From Lama glama (Eukaryota), in assembly GCA_028534125.1 (NCBI GenBank), contig CM052832.1, forward strand, positions 14,634,001 through 14,698,000: 64,000 bases of DNA, written 5' to 3'. The notes under the pieces are model-generated. The model saw only the letters and a list, made by a program, of their open reading frames with translations. It had not been told where the DNA came from and ran no database searches. This document shows positions 25,901 to 37,277 of the stretch, piece by piece. The position numbers were made by a program, and so were the translations under genes. Numbering within the stretch: position 1 is the first letter of the stretch; every line of letters starts with the position of its first letter.

Positions 25901-27849
25901 GCAAGATTTAGGAGTACTTAATTTGAATTTCTCTGAAGTCACATATCTGGTAGGTGACAGGGCTGGGATTTGAATTCAAGTCTGTCAGACTTTGGGGCCC
26001 CTATGATTGCCCCAATGCTAAGCTGCAGGCACAATCTCTAGGAGTAGCATTAAATCAACTCTTGGTTGTGATGTTGAGTTTTTGGTAGAATGCCTTCTGA
26101 GAATGAATAATCTGGGGAGACAATATGGGTTTGGATATGGATATGGTTTTTTTTTTTTTAATTTAAGTGGTACATATTATGAATAATAGAAGATTTTCAT
26201 GTAAATTTTTATTATAATCATGTAAAGTTTTGATGTAAATTGATGGGGAAAATGTCACCCCTATTCCAATAACTACACTTTACACAATATTGTCACCGTT
26301 AACCCTCTAGTTGTTGCTTAGTGTTTTGGTATTTTTAAAAGTAGGATTTATAGCCACCTTAAAACTTGAAGTCATGGCTACACCATGGATGAGAATTTAC
26401 CCATAATGAGCTGTTTCTAAATGCCAGACACTTATGCTAAGTGTTGTTCATATGTTAACTCCTGTCTTTAAAAAAAAATTGGAATGCAATTTGAGTACCA
26501 TAAAATTCACCCTTTTTAAAGTGTACAATTCTGTCTTTTCAGATGAGGAATTAAGAACTAAAATTCTTCTGTGCATATGAAAGTTTCAGAGGCCCAATGC
26601 CAGCTTAATACTATGTTAATATGGGAGAAGGTAGGGGTGGGTAGGCAAGTGTGGCTAAAATAAATTGGCTGTTAAGCTGGTAATATTGAAGCCAGGTGAA
26701 GTATACATGGTAGGTCATTGTATTTTTCTGTCTACTTTTGTTACATGTTTTAAAACTTCCATAATAAAAAGTAAAAAAGTTTTTTTAAAAAAAGATCTAG
26801 CTTTATGCTTTAATGACCAATCTTTGCATATCTAGGTATTGCATGAATTTGTGTCTCTGATGTGAAAATCAAGACTTAATAATACACTAACTTTATAAAA
26901 CATTTTATGGTTTCCAAAACACTTCCACATTCTATTTCACAGCTACCCTCTGAGGTAGACAGGGAAGAAATTACCATCCCTATTTTATAGAAAAAAAAGT
27001 GAGGTTCAAAGCAGTAGATGTGGAACTTTACCCCACTTCTCAGAGATTGAATTCAGTGGTCTGCCCCCTTTTATTCAAAATGAATATAATCTTAGGGGTA
27101 GGGGGTTAAGAGATAAAAAATACTACGTATAAAATAAATAAGTAACAAAGATATATTATACAGCACAGGGAAATACAGTCATTATTTTGTAATAACTTTA
27201 AATGGCGTATAATTTCTAAAAATACTGAATCACTATGTTGTACACCTAAAACTAATATTATATTGTAAATCAACTATACTTCAATAAGAACAACAAAAGG
27301 ACTCTACCTTTACTGTTTTTTTCTGATTATAAAAATAGTATCTATTATTTTAAAACAATTTGGAAAAATTACAAAGATGAAAAATGTATATGACCTGTAA
27401 TCATACCAACGAGAGATAATTACTGTTAATATTTTATATTTTATTCTTCCAAATTTTTTGGTTTTAATTTTTCTTTACAAAAATGAAATATGGGGAAATG
27501 TTTTATAATCCTTCTCAATGATGTACTGTAAACATGTTTCCATATCACTAAATGTCAATCTGCATTTATTATATGGCACTATCATAACTTAACATCTTTA
27601 AAAATCTCCTGTTAGATATTTAGATGGTTTCAATTTTTCATTATTATGAACAATGGCAAAATAAACATTCTTATACATAGTTCTTAGCTTACTCATTATT
27701 TTCTTCAGATACATGACTAGGAGTAGAAAATATGAATCAGAGCATATTAGAAAGATTTTTATACATATTGCTGACAATATCAGAAAGATTGTTTGGATGT
27801 ACATTCACAACCATCCAGTGTTTGCTTCTTCGCCAATTCATAATTGCTT

Positions 27850-27928
27850 TTCTTTTCTTTTTTTTTTTAATTGAAGTATAGTCAGTTGCAATGTGTCAAT
27901 TTCTGGTGTACAGCACAGTGTCCCAGTC

Positions 27929-27976
<48 letters not shown>

Positions 27977-28598
27977 TTGTTTTCATATTGTTTTTCATTA
28001 AAGGTTACTACAAGACATTGAATATAGTTCCCTTTCCATACAGAAAAAAATTTTTCTTTATTTTTATAAGTGGTTAAGATCTGTAAATCTCAAACTCCCA
28101 AATTTATCTCTTTCCACCCAACTTTCCCCTTTTAACTGTAGGATTGTTTACCATGTCGGTGAGTCTGTTTCTGTTTTGTAGATGAGTTCATTAGTGTCCT
28201 TTTTTTGATTCTTCTTTTTTTTAAGATTCCACATATGAGTGATAAATGGTATTTCTCTTTTTCTTTCTGGCTCACTTCACTAAGAATGATGATCTCCATG
28301 TCCACCCATGTTGCTGCAAATGGCATTATTTTATTTTTTATTACTGAGTAGTATTCCATTGTATAAATATACCACAACTTCTTTATCCAGTCACCTGTCA
28401 ATGGACATTTAGGTTGCTTCCATGTCTTGGTTATTGTATATAGTGCTGATAGTGCTGTAATGAACATTGAGGTGCATGTATCTTTTCAAATTAGAGTGCC
28501 CTCTGGATATATGCCCAGGAGTGGGATTGCTGGATCATATGGTAAGTCTATTTTTAGTTTTTTTGGGTATCTCCATACTGTTTTCCATAATGGCTGCA
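27850..28598 (-). mobile_element. Young camelid-type 5'-truncated L1 with internal (TA)n
   Basis: Poly-T start, ORF2 C-terminal peptides ([23 protein letters not shown]); 11-bp TSD cataattgctt at 27839-27849 and 28599-28609. Confidence 0.9.
27930..27974. repeat. (TG)n(TA)n microsatellite
   Basis: Direct inspection. Confidence 0.95.
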
Positions 28599-31500
28599 CA
28601 TAATTGCTTGTGTGTGTGTGTGTACGCTGAAAGATTTTAAAAGATCTATTTAAAAGGAAAGGAAAGGAAAAGTACACCCCCAAGAATGGGAGGTGGGCTG
28701 ATCCAAGGGAGGAGGAAGCCTGCTTTTCTTGATACAGATGTAATTCTAACGTACCAGTGAAAATATAGATTTGAACTTTTCAACCTCTGATCAAGTTAAC
28801 TATTGAGCAAACCATTAATAAACAACTAACTGTATTTACGGTAATGATCTTCAAGCTTCACTGTGCATAAAAATCACCTGGGGATTCCTGGGCTCCATCC
28901 CAGACACACTGACAAATTCAAGGGAGTCTGGAACCTAAAAACTAGCATTTTAAACCAGAGCCACCTTCCCTCAAGTGACTCTGATGTGGGTAGTCAGGGA
29001 AATTAGATTCAGGGAAACATGGTAATACACAGAGATGCAGGTTGAAAGTTTGCTGATGATGGAACTTATTACCTTCTAGTCATGGGTAGTCTGGTAAGAA
29101 ATGGAGTATTAACTTACTGTCTTTTATCCTGGCCTCATCCATATCATTCTACACACACATACACACACACAAGTAAAGAAAAAACAAACATTTTGTTTTT
29201 GGAGATGCCTTTATTGCAGGTTGCTGTGAGCAGTTACAGACAAATATTTGCTTTATAGAAATTCTTCCTTAGGGCTTTCAGTTTTGTTTTGTTCTGCATT
29301 CTTTTCCAAGCAGCCACCTCTGACATTCTAACCAGTTGAGCATCTGAAAGTCATTTCATGTTCTCTTTTCTGTAGAAACTGAGATTGTCTGTAAAGTGGT
29401 TTCAGAGGTTCTGCAGTGGGAGGAGGTGGACTGAAGGCAAATGAGGGGCAGTGAAATTCTCCTGGACCACTGAGGCAGAGGCAGATTGTTATTACCTGGA
29501 GTCCTTCTCAGCCCTTCGAAATTCAAAGTAGGTTTTCAAGTATTTATCTTTCCAGGAATTGCTCCCCTATGCCCAGTTCAGGAAATAGCTTTTCCTTTGT
29601 TCCTTGAAAGTCTATTTTTGACACAAAATCTTCTTTTCATGGAATCCTTCAGCTTTTACATGTGTGGTGAAGGCGAGGGCTTCAGACATGTGGCCCTCAC
29701 AGACAGGTCTGCTCTTGAGAAATGTGTGAAGAGAGGAGGACCTCACTGGTCACTCTTCAGTAGTACAGCTTAGTTTGCCTGTTGAACTTCACAGAGTGGA
29801 ATTATGCAGTATATATTCCATTGCATCTGGCTTCTTTTGCTCAATATAAGATTTTCAAGACTCATCCATGTTTTGTATGGATCCATAGCTCATTCCTTTT
29901 GGTTGATGAGTAGTATTCCATTGTATAGCTATGTCACAATATGTTTATCCATTTTCCTGTTGATGAACATTTTTTCCATTATTTGAATACTACAAGTAAA
30001 GTTCTGTGAACATTCATGTACAAGAACATATGCTTTCATTTCTTTTGGGTCAATACACAGGAGTGGAATGGCTGGGTTTTATGGTAAGTATATGCTTAAC
30101 TTTTTAAGAAATGGGGCAGTTAAAAACTATCAGTTTTAGTTGTCAAGTCCATATCTTATGTCACTAATTCCAGCTTCATGCTCTGGTAGTTTAGTTGGAA
30201 AGAGTACTGTTTTAAGAGTCGTAAGTCTGGGACTGAGCAGCTTAGTTCCAGACCTGAATTTTGAAAAAGGGGTCATTTAGCTTCTCAGAGTTTTAGTTCC
30301 CTAATCCTTAATTGGGGCTCATAATTTCTATAACAATACAAAATTATAAGTAGTCTCAGAGTCCATCAACAGGAGACTGGTCAAGTAAAATACACTCCTA
30401 AATTGGAATACTATGTAGCCATTAAAAATGATGATGTAAATTTATATTTATTGATGTGGAAAGCTGTTTTTTCAATATATTCTAAATTTTAAAAAGCAGG
30501 TTAGAGAGGCAGGCAAAGTATGATACCACTTAGGCAAATTGTACAAATGGAGAGAGACATGAAAAACATATTTACTATAATATTAATAGTGGTTATCACT
30601 AGGTAGTGGGATTTAGGGTAATTTTTATTTTCTTCTTTATAATTTTCTATACTGCTTAATTTTATTTGCAGCAACCATATATAAGTCTATGCAAAATAAT
30701 AAAGCCATTAAAAAATAAACTGAAAAATGTTTTTCCTGAGGATGAGATGAGAGGATGGGTACATTGAAAAACGATAAGGTGTTATTATATAAATTTAAGA
30801 TATTAGCATTAATGTTAATCTACTTGGCAGTATCCTGGAAATTATCAAAGAAACACAGTAAGATGAAACATTGACAGCTCCATAGAAACAATCAAGCTGA
30901 ACACATGGTGAAAAGGCAAACTTCTTCGTACTGAAGGAAATCTGGAGTAAAGAGGAAAACAGGTTTCTTTCTGAACTTTGAGCTTAAATCTTGGTGTTCT
31001 CAATACTTGTGTCTCCTTGGACACATTTTATAAACTCTCACTCTCCATTTCCTTCTCTGCAAAATGGTAATTGTAATAACTGATCTCATTTTGTTGTGAG
31101 GATTACATGAGACAAAGTACTTAAAATGATGGACATTTGGCACATTGTAGGAGTTCATTATGTATTTGTTCCCCTTTTCCTCCTTTTCTTTCTACCTCTA
31201 CCTGGGATGCTGACAGTAAGATGTTTTACACATTGTGACCCAGTTGGAGAGAGTGAAAAGAGTGATTACAATGAACAAGAGGACATGTGAGTTTTCTTCA
31301 CATGAGGGAGAGGTAAGGAGTTGATGTATGTTCTTGGAAGATGTTTTGGCTCTGGTAAACTAAAGGGGCCAAGAAAAGAAGAAGAAGAAGAAAAGCAATA
31401 AAAGAATGGACTACTTCTAGATGTATCTAGGTCAAGGGACCGAGGGATGTGAGATAAAGACAGGTTTTCTTTTGCACTGTCCCATTCACCACAGTAGGAA

Positions 31501-31744
31501 AAAAGAGACTCAGGGCATCAGATGCTCTGTTCAGAAGAAAAAAATAGTACAGTAGATTGGTGCTTTCTGTTTTTGTATCTCTTGAGTAGGATAACAGGTA
31601 AAGGAACTGGAAAAACCCTAGATGTGGGGGAATCTGGTCCTTTCCCATCATGCTCTGAGTGGATGCTGAAAGTGGAGGTACTATTTACTGCAGGAGGCTG
31701 CTCTTCAGCCTCACCCACTCACTTCCCAGAGAGACCGTCTCCTC

Positions 31745-32575
31745 AAGTACACTCACAGAACTGCAAATCAAAACCTCAGTGAGATATCCCCTCAAACCCA
31801 TTAGATGGCTACAATCAAAACTCAAAAAACAAGGGGGTGGGTTATAGCTCAGCCATAGAGTGTGTTAGCATGCTTGTGCTTTAGCTTTGATTAAAAAAAA
31901 AATTAAACCCCAAAAAACCACAAATAACCAGCGTTAGCAAGGATGTGGAGAAACTGGAATACCTGTACACTGTTGGTGGGACTGAAAATGGTGTAAGCAC
32001 TCTGGAAAACAGTATGAAGCATCTTTAAAGAAGTAAAAATAGAACTACCATATGATCCAGAAATCTCACTTCTGAGTATCTATCCAAAAGAACTGAAAGC
32101 AGGGTTTTGAAGAGATATTTGCATTCATATTCACTACAGCACTGTTCACAATGGCCTAGAGGTAGAAGCAACCCAGATGTCCATCAGTGGTTAAACAGAT
32201 AGGTAAAAGGTGGCATATACATACAATGAAATATCATTCAGCCTTCTGAAGGAAGGAAATTCTGATGTATGCTACATGGATAAACCTTGAGGACATTATG
32301 CTAAGTGAAATAAGCCAGTCACAAAAGACAAACACTGTATGATCACTACAGTAATCAACTTCATAGAAACAGAAAGTAGAATGGTGGTTTCCAGGGACTG
32401 AGGGTGGGGAAAAGGGGAATTGTCTTTTAATGGGTACAGAGTTGCAGTTTTTCAAGATGAAAAAGTTCTGGAGATTGGTTGCACAATGTGAATATGCTTA
32501 ACACTACTGAACTGTACACTTAAAAATGATTAAGAGGGTAAATTTTGTTATGTGTTTATAAAATCACAATTAAGA
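31745..32575 (+). mobile_element. L1MA/MB-type 3' fragment
   Basis: 'aaggatgtggagaaactggaa', 'gaactaccatatgatccag', 'aaaagttctggagat...ctgaactgtacacttaaaa'. Confidence 0.8.
31833..31910 (+). mobile_element. Truncated tRNA-derived SINE nested in an old L1
   Basis: Head 'tatagctcagccatagagtgtgttagcatgc' followed by poly-A; interrupts L1 sequence. Confidence 0.6.
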
Positions 32576-35500
32576 CGACAAATGCCTAAAAGATTTTGTC
32601 ATGTGTCCCCTCACCAGCCTGTTCCTCAAATCATGTGGAGAATCATCTAGGACCTGGGGAAGGTTGGCTTCCAGGCTCTCTGAGCATCCCTCTTCCCTCC
32701 ACTCTTCCCTCCCCACAAGTCCTACAGCCTCTTTGTCTACTGTTCATTTGGCACTGGAACGTTTGCTGCTTTGCACTGTTGGCTACCTCTAGGTAGTTAT
32801 TTATAGAATTTATGGCACTGTCTCTTCCATTGTCTTCTAATATCTTCATATTTAACATTTACAATCACTTAGGACCATCTCATTTAAACTTCCAATTTAA
32901 AGAAATAAGCACAGCACAGAAGTTTTCACTTGTGTTTATGTTTATGTAACTGTTAATTGTAGCTGTAGGTTAAATTCTAAATTTTTTTCTTTCCTTTGAT
33001 TTACTCTTTTGCTCCACTTCAGTGATCTTTTTGCAGCATTCCCTATATAGAGATGAAGAAACTAAGGTTTAGAAACTAATTTGTTGATAGTCACACAACA
33101 CACAGATGAAGGCTCTCTTTCTGAGCCAATGTCCCTAACTTAAGCCTTGCTGATAGTAAACCAGCAGACACCTGCTTGCTTGACTGAACAGCTCATTTGA
33201 CTGTTAGCTGCTTCCTAGACTTTGCAGCTTACAAGATTTAAGGCAGCTGACTTGGGGAGGGAGAATGTGAAGAACTAAAATAAACTCATATTTAACTATA
33301 TTGGTGAAAAAAAAGTAAGGATTTTGTCCATCCCTGCCCACAACTTTTTTTCCTTTTTGCAACAATTCTTTTACTGGTGGACATTGGGGCTATTTCTAGC
33401 TTTTTAACTTTTCATTACTGTATGCATTATGATACTTCTATGAAAAGCTTATTTATAAGCCTAGGATTTGGGGGCTACAGTATATGAATATTTTAAAGGT
33501 TCTTTATACCAATTTATGTAAATCCCATCTACTTATCTTTGGAAAAAATTCTATCAATTTACATTCCCAGAAGCAGTGGTGTTTCATAGTATCCATTTCC
33601 CCACACTCTCACCAACAAAAGCTTTTATAAATTTTTTTAAAGCTTTGCCAATCTGATTAGACAAACGAGATACCTGATTGTTGTTTTAATCTATTTCTGT
33701 ATCTGAGTGGCATATATCTTTCAATATGTTATTGGCCATTTGTATTTCTTTTGTGAATTGTCATTTTTCTTGGTTTTTTTTCCTATGGGGTTTCCATTAT
33801 TTTTAAGAGTAGGATGTCCATTTCTATCTAGAAATCAAATATTCACTTTATTTTCTTCTTCTTCTTATGAATTCTTTCACTTCATCCAGGAGATAATGAA
33901 TTTTGAATGGAGCCTGGAGAATCCTATGGAATCTAAGGGAAGCTAAATAATCAGAACTCAGGAGGACAGGAACCTTTCTCTTCTATGCCTTCAGGTCTCT
34001 TATCTTTCCTACTCTCTGCTTCATGGCTCTCTTTCTGCAGGTGGGCATTATCTATTTTTCATGGGTGCCCCACATAGATGGTCTCTTTTCTTGTATTTCT
34101 ATCACTCATTCTCAAACAGCTTAGGCCTCTTCCACCAACTCATTGAGTTTCAATTCCAAATTCCTGAGAGAATCTGATTGGCTGATGCAGGTCAGGTGTC
34201 TCCCTCTTGCCCAATCAATAACTGCTAAGGAACAAGGTTATATGGGGCAGAGATGGCTGCTGGGGGCCAACTAGAGGGCTGTTAGTGGTTCTCAGAGAAA
34301 GGCAGTCATCACGGTTTGGACATGCACCCAAAAGGTTTCTACTACAAGTTGCTGTTATCATATAATGAATGCTAATGTCTATTTGGACTCTTTATTCTCT
34401 GAATCAGTTATGCTGTGGCATAATCTCACTACTTGCTGGCCTTGGCAATTCTGAATCTTAAGGACTTGGAGACATGGAGGCAATCTAGGCTGCCCCAGTG
34501 AAATGAATCACTTTTCTCCTAGACATTCTGAATGACAGAATGGCTTAACTTCCTTATGAAACCCTAAAACTGACCTGGTCTGGGGATCTGGGATTAGTTT
34601 AGATTTTTACACAAGATCACCAGCCCAAGAAGTTCAGAAACTATCTGGTCTTGGGTACGTACCAGGCCGTGGCATATTCAAGCATAGTTTCCGATATAGT
34701 TCTAGATTTCATATCCCATCCCGACAAAAGCAGCATTCCATGGAGGGTGACATGGGGTGGGAGTGAAGGCTAGTTCTTCCTTGATATCTAATGTGCCAGC
34801 TGCCTTGGTCAGTATGCACAGTGGTTAGGGATGGGACAGTTTTTTATCGCACCACTGTCCCAAGAATTGCAGATAATTAAAATCCCTGTTTCTCTGGTAA
34901 TCAACAGTCAGGGGGCCATCCCCAATCCCATAAGATCCAAAAATGTCCCCACAGTTTCAGAATTCACTTGAGGAGTCGTACTCCTTTGAGATAACTCCCG
35001 CCATGAAATGAAGTTCTGAGCCATTTGGGTCTGTCATATGCAAGGATCTTTTTGCATTATGTGGACTGTTTAGATGCGAGCTAAGATCTCAGGGTAGTGA
35101 ATTTACATGTTGTTACCTCATTTAATCCTCACAACAATCCTATATGGGCATGCACAATGATTACCAATACCAATGGCAGAATGAGAATTTGAATCCCAAA
35201 TGTGTGACTCCAGAACCCAGGCTTTTAGTCTTATTTGGGACAGAAGAATGTAGACTGTTTTCCTTCTTCAAAACCTCACAGCACCCCAGATATTACCAGT
35301 CACTTATTCTAGTTGTCTGTTGTTGTAATTGTTATGGAAAACATACTCCATTAGGAACATGAAAGCTGTGTTCTAGTTATGCTTCTCTGTATTTTCGGAC
35401 AAGGCATATAAACTTTTTGGATCTCACTCTTCTTATTTGTAAAACAGAGCTACTTGAAGACAGGAGGCCATTTCCTACACATCTTTTTCCCCTTTGGATG

Positions 35501-36039
35501 TAGACGTGTCGGGCAAATAGGGGGTCTAAAAGGACGTTCTGAAAGAAGGAATCAAAGTGGGTAAACAAGATGGTCCCTATGCTTTCTTTCTCATTTTTTG
35601 ATCTTGAAACGGGGCCTTTACCAGGTTGGTGTACTATATGTACAGTAACACTTTGCCTTCTGAAAACTTAACAAGGCATATCAAATTTTCCTGCCTCAAC
35701 TTGGCGGAGCGTGTAGAAGATTACGTGCGGTATTCGCTTGGCCCCGTGTTGACGTTTGTTTGTATCGAGGCCTCCTTTATTTGCCGGAGATTCGAGATTA
35801 CCGTTGCATAACACATGCAGCACTGATAAACTGTAGTAAGCACCACCGAGGATGGCCAGGATTTAGGGCATTATCTCTCAAGGAAAGCAGCTCTAGAAAC
35901 TTATGCAAACAAGTTCTTCCAGCGTGAAGGGCAAACCCCTGGCTGGGAAAACTGGATCCTGCGTGCACTTTGGTAGTTGACCTTGCCTGGGTCTCTGTTC
36001 CTTCGCGACTTCGGTTTCCTCACCTGCAAAATGGTGGAC

Positions 36040-36860
36040 TTGTCTCAGACGAAGATCCGGAGCTTCTCTCTCAACCCGGAGCTTTAACTCCTCCCACTGA
36101 GAGCGGGGGTGGGGCAAGGAGAAGGTCAGGCCAGGAGTCACCTCCTCGCGCGACCCGACTGTCCCTTTCCTTCTTACCACTGCCCGCCACCTCGCTCCAC
36201 CTCGGTGAGGTCACGCGGGGGACGTCACGGGATTGTGACGCCACTAAGGGGCGGGCCTCCGAGGGAGGAAGGGGCGGGGCCTCGGCGGGCGACGCTTGCG
36301 CAGTGGGCGCGGCGCGGGAGGAGGCGGAGGTGGTGTAGAATCGAGAGGCGGCAGCGGCGGAGGCGGCGGCGCTGGGGGGGGTGGGAGGGGGGGAAGCGCG
36401 AGAGTGAGTGAGTGGCTGAGTGAGTTTACCCCTATGAGGCGGTGAGAGGCCCGGGGCCTACCTCAGAGGAGCGGGGTCGCGGCGCCAGCTAGCAGCGGGC
36501 CCCCTCCCGGTCCCCGGGCCCGGCGGCGCGGCGGCGGCTCGGTTGTGAGGAGGCGGGGAAGCGAGTGTCCGGCCCCAGCCATGGAGGGCATGGACGTGGA
36601 CCTGGACCCCGAGCTGATGCAGAAGTTCAGCTGCCTGGGCACCACCGACAAGGACGTGCTCATCTCCGAGTTCCAGCGGCTGCTCGGTTTCCAGCTCAAC
36701 CCGGCGGGCTGCGCCTTCTTCCTGGACATGACCAACTGGTGAGCCGGCCCCGCCGCTCCAGCGCTGGCAGCGGCCTCGGGGCCCCGAGGGGAAGGGAAGG
36801 GACACCGAGCCCGGCGGCAGGGCGGGCCAAGCGGGCACTGAGGGGCACCCCTTTCCCCAG
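36040..36860 (+). promoter_or_regulatory. ILRUN CpG-island promoter and 5' UTR
   Basis: Very GC/CpG-rich. GC boxes GGGGCGGG at about 36248 and 36271, CRE-like GACGTCAC at 36221 and GTGACGCC at about 36235, GGC repeats in the leader. Confidence 0.88.
36581..36738 (+). CDS. ILRUN: ILRUN (C6orf106) coding exon 1, UBA-like domain N-part (MEGMDVDLDPELMQKFSCLGTTDKDVLISEFQRLLGFQLNPAGCAFFLDMTNW)
   Basis: Strong Kozak gccATGg, 158 nt, donor TG|GTGAGC. Protein recognised as the ILRUN N-terminus; synteny with SNRPC as in human 6p21.31. Exon 2 not found in the window. Confidence 0.95.
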
Positions 36861-37248
36861 GCCATGGAAGAAATTTGGGCACTGAGCAGGGCTAGAGGGA
36901 ACAGAGAAGGAGAGTTGAGGGCCATGGAGGGCAGGAGAGACGGAAGGGAGGTGGGGGTTGATCCTAAGGTACTGCGGAGTATTAGCGGCCGCGGAACGTG
37001 GGAAGAGGAGAAAAGACTTCTGAGCATCGAGGCATGGGGTAGACCTTGGGGGGAAGAGAGCTGTGGTGTTGACTAAGAGTAAAAAGCACAGGAAATCTGA
37101 ATTTGTGGAGTAGAAAAAAGCTTGGGGTGTGGAGTTAGCGGGTGAGAACGACAAGGATGAGGGGTAACTCCGGGAGAGAAATAGGTGCTAATGCGAGAGC
37201 CTCGGGCATGGGTGAGACTTGGGAGTTAGGAGCTGAGAACAGATTATT

Positions 37249-37277
37249 TGTGCGTGTGTGTGTGTGTGTGTGTGTGT
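37249..37277. repeat. (GT)n microsatellite
   Basis: Direct inspection. Confidence 0.95.

Noticed and set aside
28132..28683. ORFs with recognisable protein motifs (also 49760..49987)
   Set aside because: Degenerate L1 ORF2 C-terminus fragments.
35893..37154. Overlapping 95-189 aa ORFs on both strands
   Set aside because: Stop-codon depletion in a CpG island; low-complexity Arg/Gly/Pro products. Only the ILRUN frame is recognisable.
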